DNA from: an uncultured Nitrospiraceae bacterium
GTDB taxonomy: Bacteria; Nitrospirota; Thermodesulfovibrionia; Thermodesulfovibrionales; UBA6898
Assembly: GCA_963811165.1 (NCBI GenBank)
Contig: CAWEQH010000004.1
Span: 320,001-384,000, forward strand
Length of the DNA: 64,000 nucleotides
Direction: 5' to 3'
Every line of letters begins with the position of its first letter. Positions within the stretch are counted from its first letter, which is position 1. This document shows, in pieces, positions 30,390-41,210 of the stretch. The notes below the pieces were generated by a model that was not told where the DNA came from, ran no database searches, and saw nothing but the letters and a program-made list of their open reading frames with translations. The position numbers and the translations under genes are program-made.

Positions 30390-31604
30390 GTGGAAGATCT
30401 AAATACGGGCAAAAGACAGATAGTCGCCTACGCAGGTAAAAAGTTAGCGGGCACATCCGTAGCGTTATATATTTTTTTTGCGGCTGCCAAATTTTCTCTT
30501 TACCTCCTCTCGGGAAGCTCATCTCTCTTGGCTGAAACAGTGCATTCGCTTGCAGACGTCATAGGAGGCCTCCTTGTGATAGGAGGGATATACCTTTCAG
30601 AAAAAAAATCAGAGCGATTCCCGTGGGGACTCTATAAGGTTGAAAATATCGTAGCGCTTCTTTCCGCGTGCGTAATATTCCTTTCCGCATATGGGATGGC
30701 AAAGACAATATATCATCCTTCTATCGAGGGCATGAGAAACCTCGACATGACGTTGATTGTTCTTTTTTTGATGACCGTTCCAATCATCCTTTTTTCAAGG
30801 TATGAAGCAAGAAGAGCAAAAGCGATAAATTTCCCCTCATTGATGGCCGACGCGGCGCACTGGAGGGCAGATATCGCACCCATTGTCGTAGTGGCGGCGG
30901 GCATAGCCGGTGCGCGCCTTTCTTACCCTTTTGCGGACAGAGTTTCGGCCTTTGTGGTTCTTCTCGTGGTCATCAAAGCAGGATATGGGATATTCAGGGA
31001 TTCCATGAAGAGCCTCCTGGATGCATCCGTGGACAGGGTGACGTTGGACAAGATAAACGATGTCCTGGGGGAATTCCAGGAGGTCAAGGAGGTCGTTTCG
31101 GTGCACGCACGGAATTCGGGTAGGTTCATATTCATAAGTATGGATGTGCGCCTCTCTTCGAAAACGCTTAAGGATGCCCACGAACTCGCAGATCGCATCG
31201 AAGGGGAGATAAAAAGCCGCATTCCATTTGTGGAGAGAGTGACGATCCATTATGAGCCGCAGAGGAAGGACTACACGCGATATGCCGTGCCCCTCGCCGA
31301 CAGAGATGATGCCGTCTCCGAGCATTTCAGCAACGCACCGTTTATTGCCGTATGGGATAAGGGTCCGGATGGAGCGGTGATATCAAGAGAGACACTCGAA
31401 AACCCCTTCCTAACCCTGGAGAAGAGGAAGGGGATAAGTCTGGCGACGTTCCTCGTGGAAAAAGAGATAGATATCCTCTATACAAGGGAGTCCTTCGACG
31501 GCAAGGGTCCGGAATATGTCCTTGCCAATGCCGGCATCGAGGTAAGAAGAGTCGATAGTGAGAGCATGAACATATTGATAATGGAGCACGATGGCAAAAA
31601 GTGA
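30390..31604 (+). CDS. Cation diffusion facilitator with C-terminal NifB/NifX domain
   Basis: AETVHSLAD, ADAAHWRAD, AHELAD..E; C-terminal SEHFSNAP. Confidence 0.9.
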   Translation: MEDLNTGKRQIVAYAGKKLAGTSVALYIFFAAAKFSLYLLSGSSSLLAETVHSLADVIGGLLVIGGIYLSEKKSERFPWGLYKVENIVALLSACVIFLSAYGMAKTIYHPSIEGMRNLDMTLIVLFLMTVPIILFSRYEARRAKAINFPSLMADAAHWRADIAPIVVVAAGIAGARLSYPFADRVSAFVVLLVVIKAGYGIFRDSMKSLLDASVDRVTLDKINDVLGEFQEVKEVVSVHARNSGRFIFISMDVRLSSKTLKDAHELADRIEGEIKSRIPFVERVTIHYEPQRKDYTRYAVPLADRDDAVSEHFSNAPFIAVWDKGPDGAVISRETLENPFLTLEKRKGISLATFLVEKEIDILYTRESFDGKGPEYVLANAGIEVRRVDSESMNILIMEHDGKK

Positions 31605-31674
31605 TTCGCGTATCTCGACGGAGATACACGAGAAGGGATAGTAATACAAAGACATTAATGAGGAGGTTTTGCCA

Positions 31675-32169
31675 ATGGATGAAACGAAAGAAGAGAGCCT
31701 GTCGGAGTCGGTACAAGGATATAAGGAGAAAATCATCCCACTCAATAGAGCGACGCTCAAATGGGAGAGAGAACTTATATTCCTGGGCAGGACACAGGAA
31801 GGATACGAGATAGAGTTTGACGGCCATGTCCAGTGGGGCTGCAAACCCACAGACGCCCTGCTTTTGGGTCTTGCGAGCTGTATGGGTATAGATATGGTCA
31901 TGTTCCTTCAGAAGATGAAAATACAACTGGCTGATTTCAGGATAGACATTGTGGGAGAAAGGAACCCGACGCCGCCTCAGTATTTCACTGCAATCGATAT
32001 GACTTTGCATATCGCGGGAAAGAATATAGATAAGAAAAAAGTGGACCGCGCCGTCGCGCTTTCTCATGAAAAATACTGCTCTGTTTACAATTCACTGAGA
32101 AAAGATATGCGCATGAACATAGCCTATGTCATCGAGGACAAAGAACCATCAACGGAGCTCACCGTGTAA
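31675..32169 (+). CDS. OsmC family protein
   Basis: P..LL.GLASCMG and AVALSHEKYCSV. Confidence 0.9.
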   Translation: MDETKEESLSESVQGYKEKIIPLNRATLKWERELIFLGRTQEGYEIEFDGHVQWGCKPTDALLLGLASCMGIDMVMFLQKMKIQLADFRIDIVGERNPTPPQYFTAIDMTLHIAGKNIDKKKVDRAVALSHEKYCSVYNSLRKDMRMNIAYVIEDKEPSTELTV

Positions 32170-32235
32170 AGACCGAGGGCGGACGCCAAGACTGTAAGTT
32201 ATGGAGCCTCCTTAGTATCGGGATGATGCGAGCGG

Positions 32236-32333
32236 GCGAGCGGATTCTCAACGCTCTAAGGACCCCCGTGCCCAAGGAGGAAAAAACCGTTAGAATGAGG
32301 TTCGGTATAGGTCTTGAGAGAAACTACACCCTC
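32236..32333 (+). pseudogene. Fragment of primary sigma factor region 4
   Basis: ERILNAL..PKEEKTVRMRFGIG.ERNYTL resembles the RpoD region 4.1 L.PKEEKVIRMRFGIG...TL. Confidence 0.55.
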
Positions 32334-32343
32334 AACATGGCGC

Positions 32344-32371
32344 TCACAAATTCAAATTATGTTCATAATTG
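32344..32371 (+). promoter_or_regulatory. Conserved upstream motif of MSCPYF mini-protein copy 1
   Basis: TCACAAATTCAAATTATGTTCATAATTG, identical to 57565-57592 (minus); contains the palindrome AATTATG-TT-CATAATT. Confidence 0.8.
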
Positions 32372-32428
32372 CATGCTATGCCGTTCTGATAAAATTTATT
32401 TTTAAATTCATTTTTTAGGAAGGCATAT

Positions 32429-32629
32429 ATGAGCTGCCCCTATTTTGATGAAGGATACTTTGGTGCCTGCGGGGCATCGGAATCAAGGTATGTTCCCAGC
32501 ATGGATAAGAGGGAACAATACTGTTTTAAGCAGAGCTACAGATGCTGTCCTACTCTGTTGGAACATCTATACGAAGAAGGTATTGCTGTGGCTAACCGTT
32601 CCCCACATAAGAAGCTGTCTCAACAGTAG
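32429..32629 (+). CDS. Cys4 mini-protein of unknown function (MSCPYF family, copy 1)
   Basis: C-x10-C-x17-C-x7-C; two paralogues in the window; RBS AGGAAGG. Confidence 0.85.
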   Translation: MSCPYFDEGYFGACGASESRYVPSMDKREQYCFKQSYRCCPTLLEHLYEEGIAVANRSPHKKLSQQ

Positions 32630-32673
32630 CGATTGGGGTTGCCCTTGCATCTGGAGAAACATGAAGGCTGCAT

Positions 32674-33270
32674 TTATTCTATGGCGGACATGTCTATTTC
32701 ACATCCGAAGTGCAGCTGCGCTTTTCTTATAAACTGCTTAATTTCTTTGATATCTATTGATTTCTCAAAAAAAATCTTGTGTATTTTATGTTCAGAATCA
32801 ATTAAAAAATGATATCTGTACTGAAATATACCAGACAATAACCAGAAGCCCATCCCGCCCATGAGCCAAAGGGTTATCGGGATCAGGGGTAGCATAGGGT
32901 TTCCGGATTCGGCAATTACTTTTACTCCGTCCGCTGTCTGGATGAGCAAATCCCCTCCCGCACTCATCGCGACAAAGAACACGATTAATCCGATCAGGCC
33001 GAACAAAAGAAGGGTAATACCGAAGAAGAATTGAAGGAATGGATTTTTTACCCTCGTGTCATACGAAAGTTTGATCTGCTGAATTCGTTCTCTCTGGATA
33101 GCAATGACGACCCTGTCGCCATCGAACTCATTGATTGCGCTTCTCGAAATCTCCACTTTCGCGCACCTGATCGAATCATGAAAGGTAGCGGCCTTTTTAC
33201 CTATCTTCTCCCGATACGCCGGCATGTTTTTCTCCCACTTTCCTGTTTCGTTACATGTGATTCTGCGCAT
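32674..33270 (-). CDS. Hypothetical membrane protein
   Basis: 198-aa ORF with two hydrophobic segments. Confidence 0.65.
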   Translation of the reverse strand: MRRITCNETGKWEKNMPAYREKIGKKAATFHDSIRCAKVEISRSAINEFDGDRVVIAIQRERIQQIKLSYDTRVKNPFLQFFFGITLLLFGLIGLIVFFVAMSAGGDLLIQTADGVKVIAESGNPMLPLIPITLWLMGGMGFWLLSGIFQYRYHFLIDSEHKIHKIFFEKSIDIKEIKQFIRKAQLHFGCEIDMSAIE

Positions 33271-33460
33271 CCGATTACAATATACCAGTTATCCCTGTCA
33301 TAAGAAATTGGAATATATTCCTATTTCCGAAGGAAAGAATTCTTAGACATGTTTTGCTTGCGTACGGGTATTGACAGTCTTATGACAATAACTAAATGAT
33401 CGTCATTGGGCCGGTCGTGAAGTGGTTGTGAAAGTTGATGGCGAAATGTGCCTCTTATTC

Positions 33461-33489
33461 TTGACAACAGTAGATCTTCGTGGTATAAA
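33461..33489 (+). promoter_or_regulatory. Sigma70 promoter of the cold-shock gene
   Basis: TTGACA-N17-TATAAA. Confidence 0.7.
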
Positions 33490-33552
33490 ATGTTAACCCG
33501 TGACGACGGGTAACAGTACGTCCTGTAAGGGGAAAAGGAGGAATTACGCAGT

Positions 33553-33756
33553 ATGTCAGTAGAAGGTACTATCAAGTGGTTTAATGAAAAGAAAGGGTAT
33601 GGCTTTATCCAGCAGGACAACGGCCAGGATATCTTTGTCCATTACTCTTCGATCGAGGGGGACGGGTTCAAGACCCTTTCAGAGGGACAGAGGGTCAAAT
33701 TCGAAATCGAGGAAGGCGCAAAGGGACCAAAGGCGATTAACGTCACCAAAATTTGA
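33553..33756 (+). CDS. Cold-shock protein
   Basis: [15 protein letters not shown] and DIFVHYS (RNP1/RNP2). Confidence 0.97.
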   Translation: MSVEGTIKWFNEKKGYGFIQQDNGQDIFVHYSSIEGDGFKTLSEGQRVKFEIEEGAKGPKAINVTKI

Positions 33757-33873
33757 CCGCATTCTTATTAGACTGATTTTCCCAAGGGCCCGCCTTAGGA
33801 GTTTTCCGGATGAGACGGGCCCTTGATTTCCGCCCGCCGAATTTGACAAAGTCCGGAGATTTATTTATTTTTA

Positions 33874-34731
33874 ATGACCATGAGACTCCCTGACTGGATA
33901 AGGACGCAGTGCCGTGCGGACCGGCATGCAACCAAGCTTGTTTTGAGGAAGTACGGGATCACGACGGTCTGTGAAGAGGCCAGGTGTCCCAATAGCGCAG
34001 AATGTTTCTCGAAACCGACGGCCACGTTCCTGATACTCGGTCCGAACTGTACGAGGGACTGCGGTTTCTGCTCGGTGAGTTCCGCGGCGCCCGGACCTCC
34101 CGATGAAAACGAGCCGGAGAACGTGGCGCGTGCTTCGGAGGAGATAGGGCTGAAATATGTCGTCATCACCTCGGTCACGAGGGATGACCTCCCCGACGGA
34201 GGCGCCGGACATTTCGCAAAGACGATATCGGCGGTCAGGAAAAGGCTGCCCGGGGCGAAGATTGAGGTGCTCACGCCCGATTTCCAAGGCGAAACCGAAG
34301 CGCTCAGGACCGTGCTCGGGGCCCGGCCCGATGTCTTCAACCATAACGTCGAGACGGTCGAACGCCTTTATCCTCATGTGCGGCCTCAGGCGATTTTCCA
34401 GCGCTCCCTTTCGGTACTGAGAGAGGCCAAGACAATCGCTCCCGCTATCCCCACCAAATCCGGTTTTATGCTCGGACTCGGCGAAGATCAGGATGAGGTT
34501 CTGGAGCTCTTGAAAGAACTGAGGCAAACGGGCTGCGATATTGTGACGATAGGGCAGTATCTTAGACCTACGAGGAACAACCTTCCTGTGGTAAAATACA
34601 TTCGCCCCGAGGTCTTCGATTATCTGAGAGAGAAGGCCCGCGACATGGGCTTCTCCTATGTGGCCTCAGGCCCGATGGTCAGGAGCTCGATGAACGCCGC
34701 TGAAATGTACAATCCGGTCCCCGGCCTGTAG
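33874..34731 (+). CDS. lipA: Lipoyl synthase
   Basis: CEEARCPNSAEC, CTRDCGFC, NHNVETV, VRSS. Confidence 0.97.
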   Translation: MTMRLPDWIRTQCRADRHATKLVLRKYGITTVCEEARCPNSAECFSKPTATFLILGPNCTRDCGFCSVSSAAPGPPDENEPENVARASEEIGLKYVVITSVTRDDLPDGGAGHFAKTISAVRKRLPGAKIEVLTPDFQGETEALRTVLGARPDVFNHNVETVERLYPHVRPQAIFQRSLSVLREAKTIAPAIPTKSGFMLGLGEDQDEVLELLKELRQTGCDIVTIGQYLRPTRNNLPVVKYIRPEVFDYLREKARDMGFSYVASGPMVRSSMNAAEMYNPVPGL

Positions 34732-34760
34732 TCCGCGGCCTTGTGAGGAGGAAACACTGA

Positions 34761-35936
34761 ATGTTTGAATTTAACAGGATCAAAAGATTGCCGCCCTACG
34801 TCTTTGCGATTGTGAACAACCTCAAGATGGAGGCCAGGCGAAAGGGCGACGATATCATCGATCTCGGCATGGGGAACCCCGACGGGGCAACCCCTAAGCA
34901 TATTGTGGAGAAACTGGTCGAGGCAGCAAGGAAGCCGAAGAACCACCGGTATTCCGCATCAAAGGGGATTACGCAGTTGAGGATGGCTATATGCGAGTGG
35001 TACAAGAGGAGATACGACGTCGATCTCGATCCGGAATCCGAGACCGTGGTGACTATAGGCTCCAAAGAGGGATTGTCGCATCTGGTCCTTGCCACCGTGG
35101 GACCGGGCGACGTTGTCCTGACTCCCACCCCTGCATATCCGATACACCCTTACAGCGTGATTATCGCCGGAGGAGAGGTGAGAACCGTCCCCATAGGCGC
35201 AGGTATTGACTTTTTTGAAGAGATGGAGAAGGCATATAAGACCACATGGCCGCGGCCCAAGATGCTGATCATGAACTTCCCTCATAATCCGACTACGCAG
35301 GTAGTGGAGGGGCTTGATTTTTTTAAGAGGGTCGTTGATTTTGCGAAAGAAAACGGGATAATCGTCATCCACGACCTGGCATATGCCGACCTGGTCTACG
35401 GCGATTACAAGGCCCCCAGTTTTTTGCAGGTCCCAGGGGCTCGGGACGTAGGGGTGGAATTTTTCTCTCTTACAAAGAGCTATTCGATGGCCGGATGGAG
35501 AGTAGGTTTCTGCTGCGGAAATAAAGAGATCGTCGGGGCGCTGATAAAGATAAAGAGTTATCTGGATTACGGTATGTTCCAGCCGATCCAGATCGCCAGT
35601 ATTGTTGCGCTCCGCGGTCCCCAGGACTGCGTCGAGGACATTCGAGGGGTTTACGAACGCAGAAGGAATGTGCTGGTGAAGGGGCTCAGGCAGGCGGGCT
35701 GGATAATCGAGCCCCCGAAGGCGACGATGTTTGCATGGGCCGAGATACCCGATGCGTTTAAGAAAATGGGATCTCTCGAGTTCTGCAAACTCCTTATCAG
35801 GAAGGGCGGCGTGGCCGTTTCTCCCGGTATAGGGTTCGGAGAGGGGGGAGACAATTTCGTGAGGTTTGCCCTCGTCGAGAACGAACACCGAATAAGACAG
35901 GCCACGGCCGGAATAAAGAGGGTATTGAACAAATGA
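34761..35936 (+). CDS. alaC: Class I/II PLP aminotransferase (AlaC-like)
   Basis: [32 protein letters not shown]; upstream of hom. Confidence 0.8.
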   Translation: MFEFNRIKRLPPYVFAIVNNLKMEARRKGDDIIDLGMGNPDGATPKHIVEKLVEAARKPKNHRYSASKGITQLRMAICEWYKRRYDVDLDPESETVVTIGSKEGLSHLVLATVGPGDVVLTPTPAYPIHPYSVIIAGGEVRTVPIGAGIDFFEEMEKAYKTTWPRPKMLIMNFPHNPTTQVVEGLDFFKRVVDFAKENGIIVIHDLAYADLVYGDYKAPSFLQVPGARDVGVEFFSLTKSYSMAGWRVGFCCGNKEIVGALIKIKSYLDYGMFQPIQIASIVALRGPQDCVEDIRGVYERRRNVLVKGLRQAGWIIEPPKATMFAWAEIPDAFKKMGSLEFCKLLIRKGGVAVSPGIGFGEGGDNFVRFALVENEHRIRQATAGIKRVLNK

Positions 35937-37237
35937 TAAACGTAGGGATTATAGGATTTGGAACAGTAGGAACAGGGACTGCAAGCATCCTCTTAAAAAA
36001 CAGAGACCTTCTACGGGAAAGGACCGGTGTCGACATTAACCTAAGGAGGATAGCGGACCTCGATACCAAAAGGGACAGGGGTATCAGGCTCCCAAAGGGG
36101 GTCCTTATCGCCAAGGCGGAGGAACTCCTCGGTGACCCGGATATCCATATAGTGGTCGAACTCATCGGCGGCACGACGGTCGCAAAAGACCTGATACTCA
36201 AGGCAATCAATAGCGGCAAACATGTTGTCACGGCGAACAAGGCCCTTCTTGCCACTTACGGGGCTGAGATATTCAGGGCAGCGGGCAAACGGAACGTCGA
36301 GTTGGGGTTTGAGGCGTCTGTTGCCGGAGGTATCCCTATTGTAAAGGTCATCAGGGAGGGACTTGTGGCCAACAGGATAAAGGCGGTGTACGGCATCATC
36401 AACGGCACCACTAACTATATCCTTACTAAAATGACAGAGGAAAAGGCGGAATTTGCCGAAGTCCTGAGGGAGGCACAGAAGCTCGGTTATGCGGAGGCAG
36501 ACCCTACCTACGATATAGAGGGGATAGACTCGGCCCACAAACTCGCAATCCTTGCCTCGCTCTCTTACGGACCCCGGTTCAGCGTCAAGGACGTGTACCG
36601 TGAGGGCATCTCCTGGATTTCCCCGATGGACATAGAATTTGCCCGCGAGCTCGGATATAAGGTCAAGCTTCTGGCGATAGCAAAAGAGTCCGACGGCAAA
36701 GTCGAGTTGAGGGTCCACCCCACGATGGTACCGGAGGAATATCTCATTTCAAAGGTTGACGGCGTATATAACGCTGTCTACGTAGAAGGTGACGCCGTGG
36801 GTTCGACCCTTTATTACGGCAGGGGCGCCGGGGACATGCCTACGGGGAGCGCGGTCGTCAGCGATATCGCAGAAATAGCGAGAAATATCGTCACCAACTC
36901 CGTCGGGAGGATCTCGCTGGACTCTTCCCGGAGGGCCAAGAATCTCATGAAGATGGACGATGTCCAGTCTATGTATTACTTCAGGTTTTCTGCGATTGAT
37001 AAACCGGGCGTATTATCGAAGATCTCCGGAATACTAGGTAAGTATAATATAAGTATTGTTTCTGTCATCCAGAAGGGCCGGCGAGAGGGGAAGGCCGTGC
37101 CGCTCGTCGTCCTTACCCACAGGGCAAAGGAAAAAAATGTCCTTGCTGCGCTCAAGGAGATAAACAGGCTTTCTATGGTGGCGGACAAGAGCGTTTTTAT
37201 CAGGGTTGAAGGGAAAGAGGGAGACCGGCAGCCCTAA
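35933..37237 (+). CDS. hom: Homoserine dehydrogenase with ACT domain
   Basis: [34 protein letters not shown]. Confidence 0.97.
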   Translation: MINVGIIGFGTVGTGTASILLKNRDLLRERTGVDINLRRIADLDTKRDRGIRLPKGVLIAKAEELLGDPDIHIVVELIGGTTVAKDLILKAINSGKHVVTANKALLATYGAEIFRAAGKRNVELGFEASVAGGIPIVKVIREGLVANRIKAVYGIINGTTNYILTKMTEEKAEFAEVLREAQKLGYAEADPTYDIEGIDSAHKLAILASLSYGPRFSVKDVYREGISWISPMDIEFARELGYKVKLLAIAKESDGKVELRVHPTMVPEEYLISKVDGVYNAVYVEGDAVGSTLYYGRGAGDMPTGSAVVSDIAEIARNIVTNSVGRISLDSSRRAKNLMKMDDVQSMYYFRFSAIDKPGVLSKISGILGKYNISIVSVIQKGRREGKAVPLVVLTHRAKEKNVLAALKEINRLSMVADKSVFIRVEGKEGDRQP

Positions 37238-37316
37238 ATTATAGAACCATACGGTGGACATCCCCTTCGCTCGGGTTATTCCCTCGCGATGGGGAACCTT
37301 GTCCTCGTATGGCTCC

Positions 37317-37499
37317 AGAATAACTAATTGCGATACCCCAGATTCGGGAAACCCTGAGCTTTTTTATAATATGGGTGCTTCGATAGATGCTTCAGGCTTC
37401 CTCTTTCGAGGCATGCTCACCACATCCAACTCCCGCTCCCTAAACTCAGTAGCTTGATCCTCTGGTTTACCCGCCCGGGGTAACGCAAGCTCTCTTTCT
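37317..37499 (-). ncRNA. ssrS: 6S RNA (copy B)
   Basis: ~183-nt rod: closing stem TTGCG-TACCCC-CGGG-AAACC pairs with GGTTT-CCCG-GGGGTA-CGCAA; central bubble; GGGAGC...GCACCCA; distal TGGTGAGCATG-CCTC-GAAA-GAGG-AAGCCT, which resembles E. coli 6S as I recall it. Confidence 0.8.
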
Positions 37500-37505
37500 A
37501 ATTTC

Positions 37506-37534
37506 ATTGTAGCTCGCTATTATGGATTCGTCAA
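37506..37534 (-). promoter_or_regulatory. Sigma70 promoter of 6S RNA copy B
   Basis: TTGACG-N17-TACAAT, about 7 nt upstream of the RNA 5' end. Confidence 0.75.
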
Positions 37535-37739
37535 GAACGAAATCGGCCAGGCAGTATCTCTAAACTGAGACACAACTATAGGCCATGGGCCATATAGAGA
37601 ATCCAGTGTTTTCAGGGACTTTTGAATTTGTCTCGCCAAAAGATGAGGCTCATATTGATTTTGCGTGAATATTGAGATATGTTTATAAAGGACGGTTTTG
37701 ATTTGCTGTTAATCGCACCTTAAAAGAAGGAGGGAAATC

Positions 37740-37928
37740 ATGGAATTAAACGAAGTAAAGCGCATCGCAGCCAAGCGCGGGATAAAAACGGGGAAGATGA
37801 AAAAAGAAGAGATAATCCGGTCGATCCAGCGGGCCGAAGGGAACTTCGACTGCTTCGGTTCTGCCATTTCCGGGGAATGCTCCCAGACAAACTGCCTTTG
37901 GAGAAAAGACTGCCTGATGAAAGTCTAG
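37740..37928 (+). CDS. SAP/Rho-N-like small protein with four C-terminal Cys
   Basis: KKEEIIRSIQRAEGNFDCF...C....CLWRKDC; RBS AGGAGG. Confidence 0.85.
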   Translation: MELNEVKRIAAKRGIKTGKMKKEEIIRSIQRAEGNFDCFGSAISGECSQTNCLWRKDCLMKV

Positions 37929-38024
37929 CCTTGGCGGCCTTCCTAACTTTTCCATCGCCTCGACAGCACCGATTTGCGCCTCATTATTTTCGGATGCGGA
38001 CCGAAATAAACAATAGGAGAGCAG

Positions 38025-39389
38025 ATGAAGATACGGTCTATTAATCCTTATACCGAAGAGGTCATGAAAGAATTCGACCTCATGACACCAGACGAGGTAG
38101 ACGGAGAAATCGGCAGATCCCGCCGTGCCTTCCTTGCATGGAGGGAAGTACCTGTTTCGGTACGAGCTGAATATGTCGGGAAGTTAGGAGACCATCTGAG
38201 GTCTGAGAAACTCAGGTACGCCGGGACCATCACCTCTGAAATGGGCAAACCCATCAGGGAGTCGGCTTCCGAGATCGAAAAGTGTGCGTGGCTCTGCGAT
38301 TACTACGCTTCGGGAGGGGAGAAACTCCTGGAGCCCGAGCAGATTAAAACCGAGGCGAGGAAAAGCTACGTCCTGTTTCAGCCTCTGGGCATCGTGCTTG
38401 CCGTTATGCCATGGAACTTTCCTTTCTGGCAGGCGTTCCGTTTCGGCATCCCTGCGATCACCGCCGGAAATGTCGTTGTTCTCAAGCATGCATCAAATGT
38501 CCCAATGTCGGCGCTGGCGATTGAGGAGGCGTTTAGGAAGGCCGGGTTTCCCGAAAACATCTTTAAGACCTTTCTCATCCAGCCCCAGGACGCCCTGAGG
38601 CTCATCGATGACGACAAGGTCGATGCAGTATCTTTGACGGGCAGCAATAAAGCGGGGGAGGAAGTCGGGGGCCTGGCAGGCAAGAAAATAAAGAAGCTTG
38701 TCCTTGAACTTGGCGGCTCGGATCCGTTTATCGTCTTAGACGATGCAGACATTGAAAAGGCGGGCAGGACAGCGGCAAACGCCCGGATGATCAATGCCGG
38801 TCAGAGCTGTATCGCGGCAAAGCGCTTCATAGTTATGGAGAAGGTGGGCGAGGAATTCAAGGAGGTCTTTATCGGCCGGTTGAAGGAACTGAAGATCGGC
38901 GACCCGATGGATGAAACCACCGATGTCGGCCCTGTTGCCAAGAAGGAGATTCTCGATTCCCTGCATGAGCAGCTCCGGGATGCGAAGGCGAAGGGCGCTG
39001 AAATCTTACAAATGGAGCATACGTTAAGGAAAGGGCTCTTCTTCCCGCCTTGTGCCGTTTTTAATCCGACTCGGGATATGAAGATCCTGACCGAGGAAGT
39101 CTTCGGCCCCATAGCTCCGATCATCACCGTAAGAGACGAGGACGAAGCAGTCAGGACGGCAAACGACACGCCGTACGGCCTGGGCGCTTCGATCTGGAGC
39201 CGAAACCTGAGACGGGCCGAACGGCTCGCCGCAAGAATTGAAGCGGGGTGCATCGCGGTAAACGATATGGTGAAGTCGGACCCTAGACTCCCCTTCGGGG
39301 GGGTAAAGAAATCGGGGGTCGGCAGGGAACTGTCGCACTACGGGCTGAAGGAATTTGTGAACATCAAAACTGTGGTGGTAAGAGAGTGA
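38025..39389 (+). CDS. NAD(P)-dependent succinate-semialdehyde dehydrogenase family
   Basis: [39 protein letters not shown]. Confidence 0.93.
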   Translation: MKIRSINPYTEEVMKEFDLMTPDEVDGEIGRSRRAFLAWREVPVSVRAEYVGKLGDHLRSEKLRYAGTITSEMGKPIRESASEIEKCAWLCDYYASGGEKLLEPEQIKTEARKSYVLFQPLGIVLAVMPWNFPFWQAFRFGIPAITAGNVVVLKHASNVPMSALAIEEAFRKAGFPENIFKTFLIQPQDALRLIDDDKVDAVSLTGSNKAGEEVGGLAGKKIKKLVLELGGSDPFIVLDDADIEKAGRTAANARMINAGQSCIAAKRFIVMEKVGEEFKEVFIGRLKELKIGDPMDETTDVGPVAKKEILDSLHEQLRDAKAKGAEILQMEHTLRKGLFFPPCAVFNPTRDMKILTEEVFGPIAPIITVRDEDEAVRTANDTPYGLGASIWSRNLRRAERLAARIEAGCIAVNDMVKSDPRLPFGGVKKSGVGRELSHYGLKEFVNIKTVVVRE

Positions 39390-39490
39390 ACCCTAACTGC
39401 ATAAGATGCCGAAGGGAGAAGCTGAAAAAGCCTTGAATGACGGCATGATTTTTTCTTCTTTATTTTATGCAAGTGTGAGGTTGGGCCGGC

Positions 39491-41113
39491 ATGAAGGCGT
39501 CTGATCTTTTGGTGAAGTGCTTAGAGAATGAGGGAGTTGAGTACGTATTCGGCCTGCCGGGCGAAGAGACGCTGGATCTTATGGAGTCACTGAGGACCTC
39601 TACGATACGTTTTGTCCTGACCCGCCATGAGCAGGCTGCCGCATTCATGGCGGACGCCTACGGCCGCTTTACCGGCAAGCCCGGCGTCTGTATCTCCACC
39701 CTTGGTCCTGGTGCCACAAACCTTCTTACGGGGGTGGCTGATGCCTTTTTGGACAAGTCTCCGCTCGTTGCGATAACAGGACAAGCCGACCTCAAAAGGA
39801 TACATAAAGAATCGCATCAGTACATAGATATCGTCGAGATTTACAAGAGCGTGACCAAGTGGAACGGCAGGATAGATTCACCCGATGTAATCCCCGAAAT
39901 GGTGCGCAAGGCTTTTAAGGTTTCGGCAACGGAAAAACCGGGTTCAGTGCACCTGGAGCTTCCCGAAAACGTGGCCGCCATGGAGGTCGGAGAAATGTAC
40001 CAGACTATGATCGCGCCCATCCGCCCCAGAAGAAGTTCACCCGACAGGCAGTCCCTAAGGAAGGCGGCGGAGCTTATCGAACAGGCACGGTTCCCGGTCA
40101 TACTCGCAGGACACGGTGTTGTCCGGAAGTCTGCCGGCAACCGGCTCCAAACATTCGCGGAACTATTCTGTATCCCGGTCGTGACGACTTTTATGGGCAA
40201 GGGCGGAATAACGGCGGAAAGCCACTGCTCGATCGGGACCCTCGGACTCGCACAGGACAGACAGATCGCCGATGTTTTTTCGAAGGCAGACCTCATCATC
40301 GCCATCGGCTACGACCTTGTCGAGTATGCACCCGGGAACTGGAACCCGAAGCTCGATAAAAAAATCATCCACATCGACTTTACCACGAGCGAGGTCGATC
40401 TCCACTATGTGCCGGAAATCGAGATCATCTCAGACATCAGGGAAACCCTTGAACTGATGGAAGGGGTTATGAGCACGAACAAAAAGAGCGAGTGCCTTAT
40501 CTCGATGAGACGTGAATTCGTCGAGGGCTTTGAGAGGGGGGGTGCGGACAGTTCTTGGCCGCCGCGGCCGCCCCGGATTATCTACGGGATACGGAGGGTC
40601 CTCGGGCCGGACGATATCCTTATATCCGATGTGGGCTCCTGTAAGTTCTGGGCCGCAAAATTTTATCCCGTTTACCGCAACAACACCTTTATCCTTTCAA
40701 ACGGGTTCGCTTCCATGGGGTTTTCTCTCCCTTCGGCAATCGTTGCAAAACTCGTCTATCCGGAGAGGAACGTTGTGGCCCTCTGCGGGGACGGCGGCTT
40801 CCTGATGAATCTGCAGGATTTGGAAACGGCATGCAGGCTCGGGCTTAATATCGTCATCGTCATCTTTAACGACAGCGGATACAACCTCATCAAGTGGAAG
40901 TCGGAAAAGAAATTCGGGACCTCCTTCGGTGTCGACTTTTCCAATCCTGATTTTGTCGGGCTCGCCGGAAGCTTTGGCGCCGTCGGCATCAAACTGGAAT
41001 CCTCCAGGGAATTTCAAGACGTGCTCCGGGATGCGTTAACGAAGAGCGTGCCCGTCATAATCGATGTCCCGATAGATTACAGCGATAACGATATGATCTA
41101 CAGGCTTTTGTAA
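39491..41113 (+). CDS. Acetolactate synthase large subunit family TPP enzyme
   Basis: FGLPGEE, RHEQAAAFMA, GDGGF...N (TPP motif). Confidence 0.92.
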   Translation: MKASDLLVKCLENEGVEYVFGLPGEETLDLMESLRTSTIRFVLTRHEQAAAFMADAYGRFTGKPGVCISTLGPGATNLLTGVADAFLDKSPLVAITGQADLKRIHKESHQYIDIVEIYKSVTKWNGRIDSPDVIPEMVRKAFKVSATEKPGSVHLELPENVAAMEVGEMYQTMIAPIRPRRSSPDRQSLRKAAELIEQARFPVILAGHGVVRKSAGNRLQTFAELFCIPVVTTFMGKGGITAESHCSIGTLGLAQDRQIADVFSKADLIIAIGYDLVEYAPGNWNPKLDKKIIHIDFTTSEVDLHYVPEIEIISDIRETLELMEGVMSTNKKSECLISMRREFVEGFERGGADSSWPPRPPRIIYGIRRVLGPDDILISDVGSCKFWAAKFYPVYRNNTFILSNGFASMGFSLPSAIVAKLVYPERNVVALCGDGGFLMNLQDLETACRLGLNIVIVIFNDSGYNLIKWKSEKKFGTSFGVDFSNPDFVGLAGSFGAVGIKLESSREFQDVLRDALTKSVPVIIDVPIDYSDNDMIYRLL

Positions 41114-41210
41114 AATTCTGGTAAGGGACGCGCAGGGAAAACGTGAAAAACGTGATGAATTGGTCCTCACACGCATCATCAAATGGAACCAACGCAGGTG
41201 CAGTGAGCTG

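Noticed and set aside
37254..37457. 67-aa ORF after hom
   Set aside because: Antisense to the 6S-like RNA; no protein motif or RBS.
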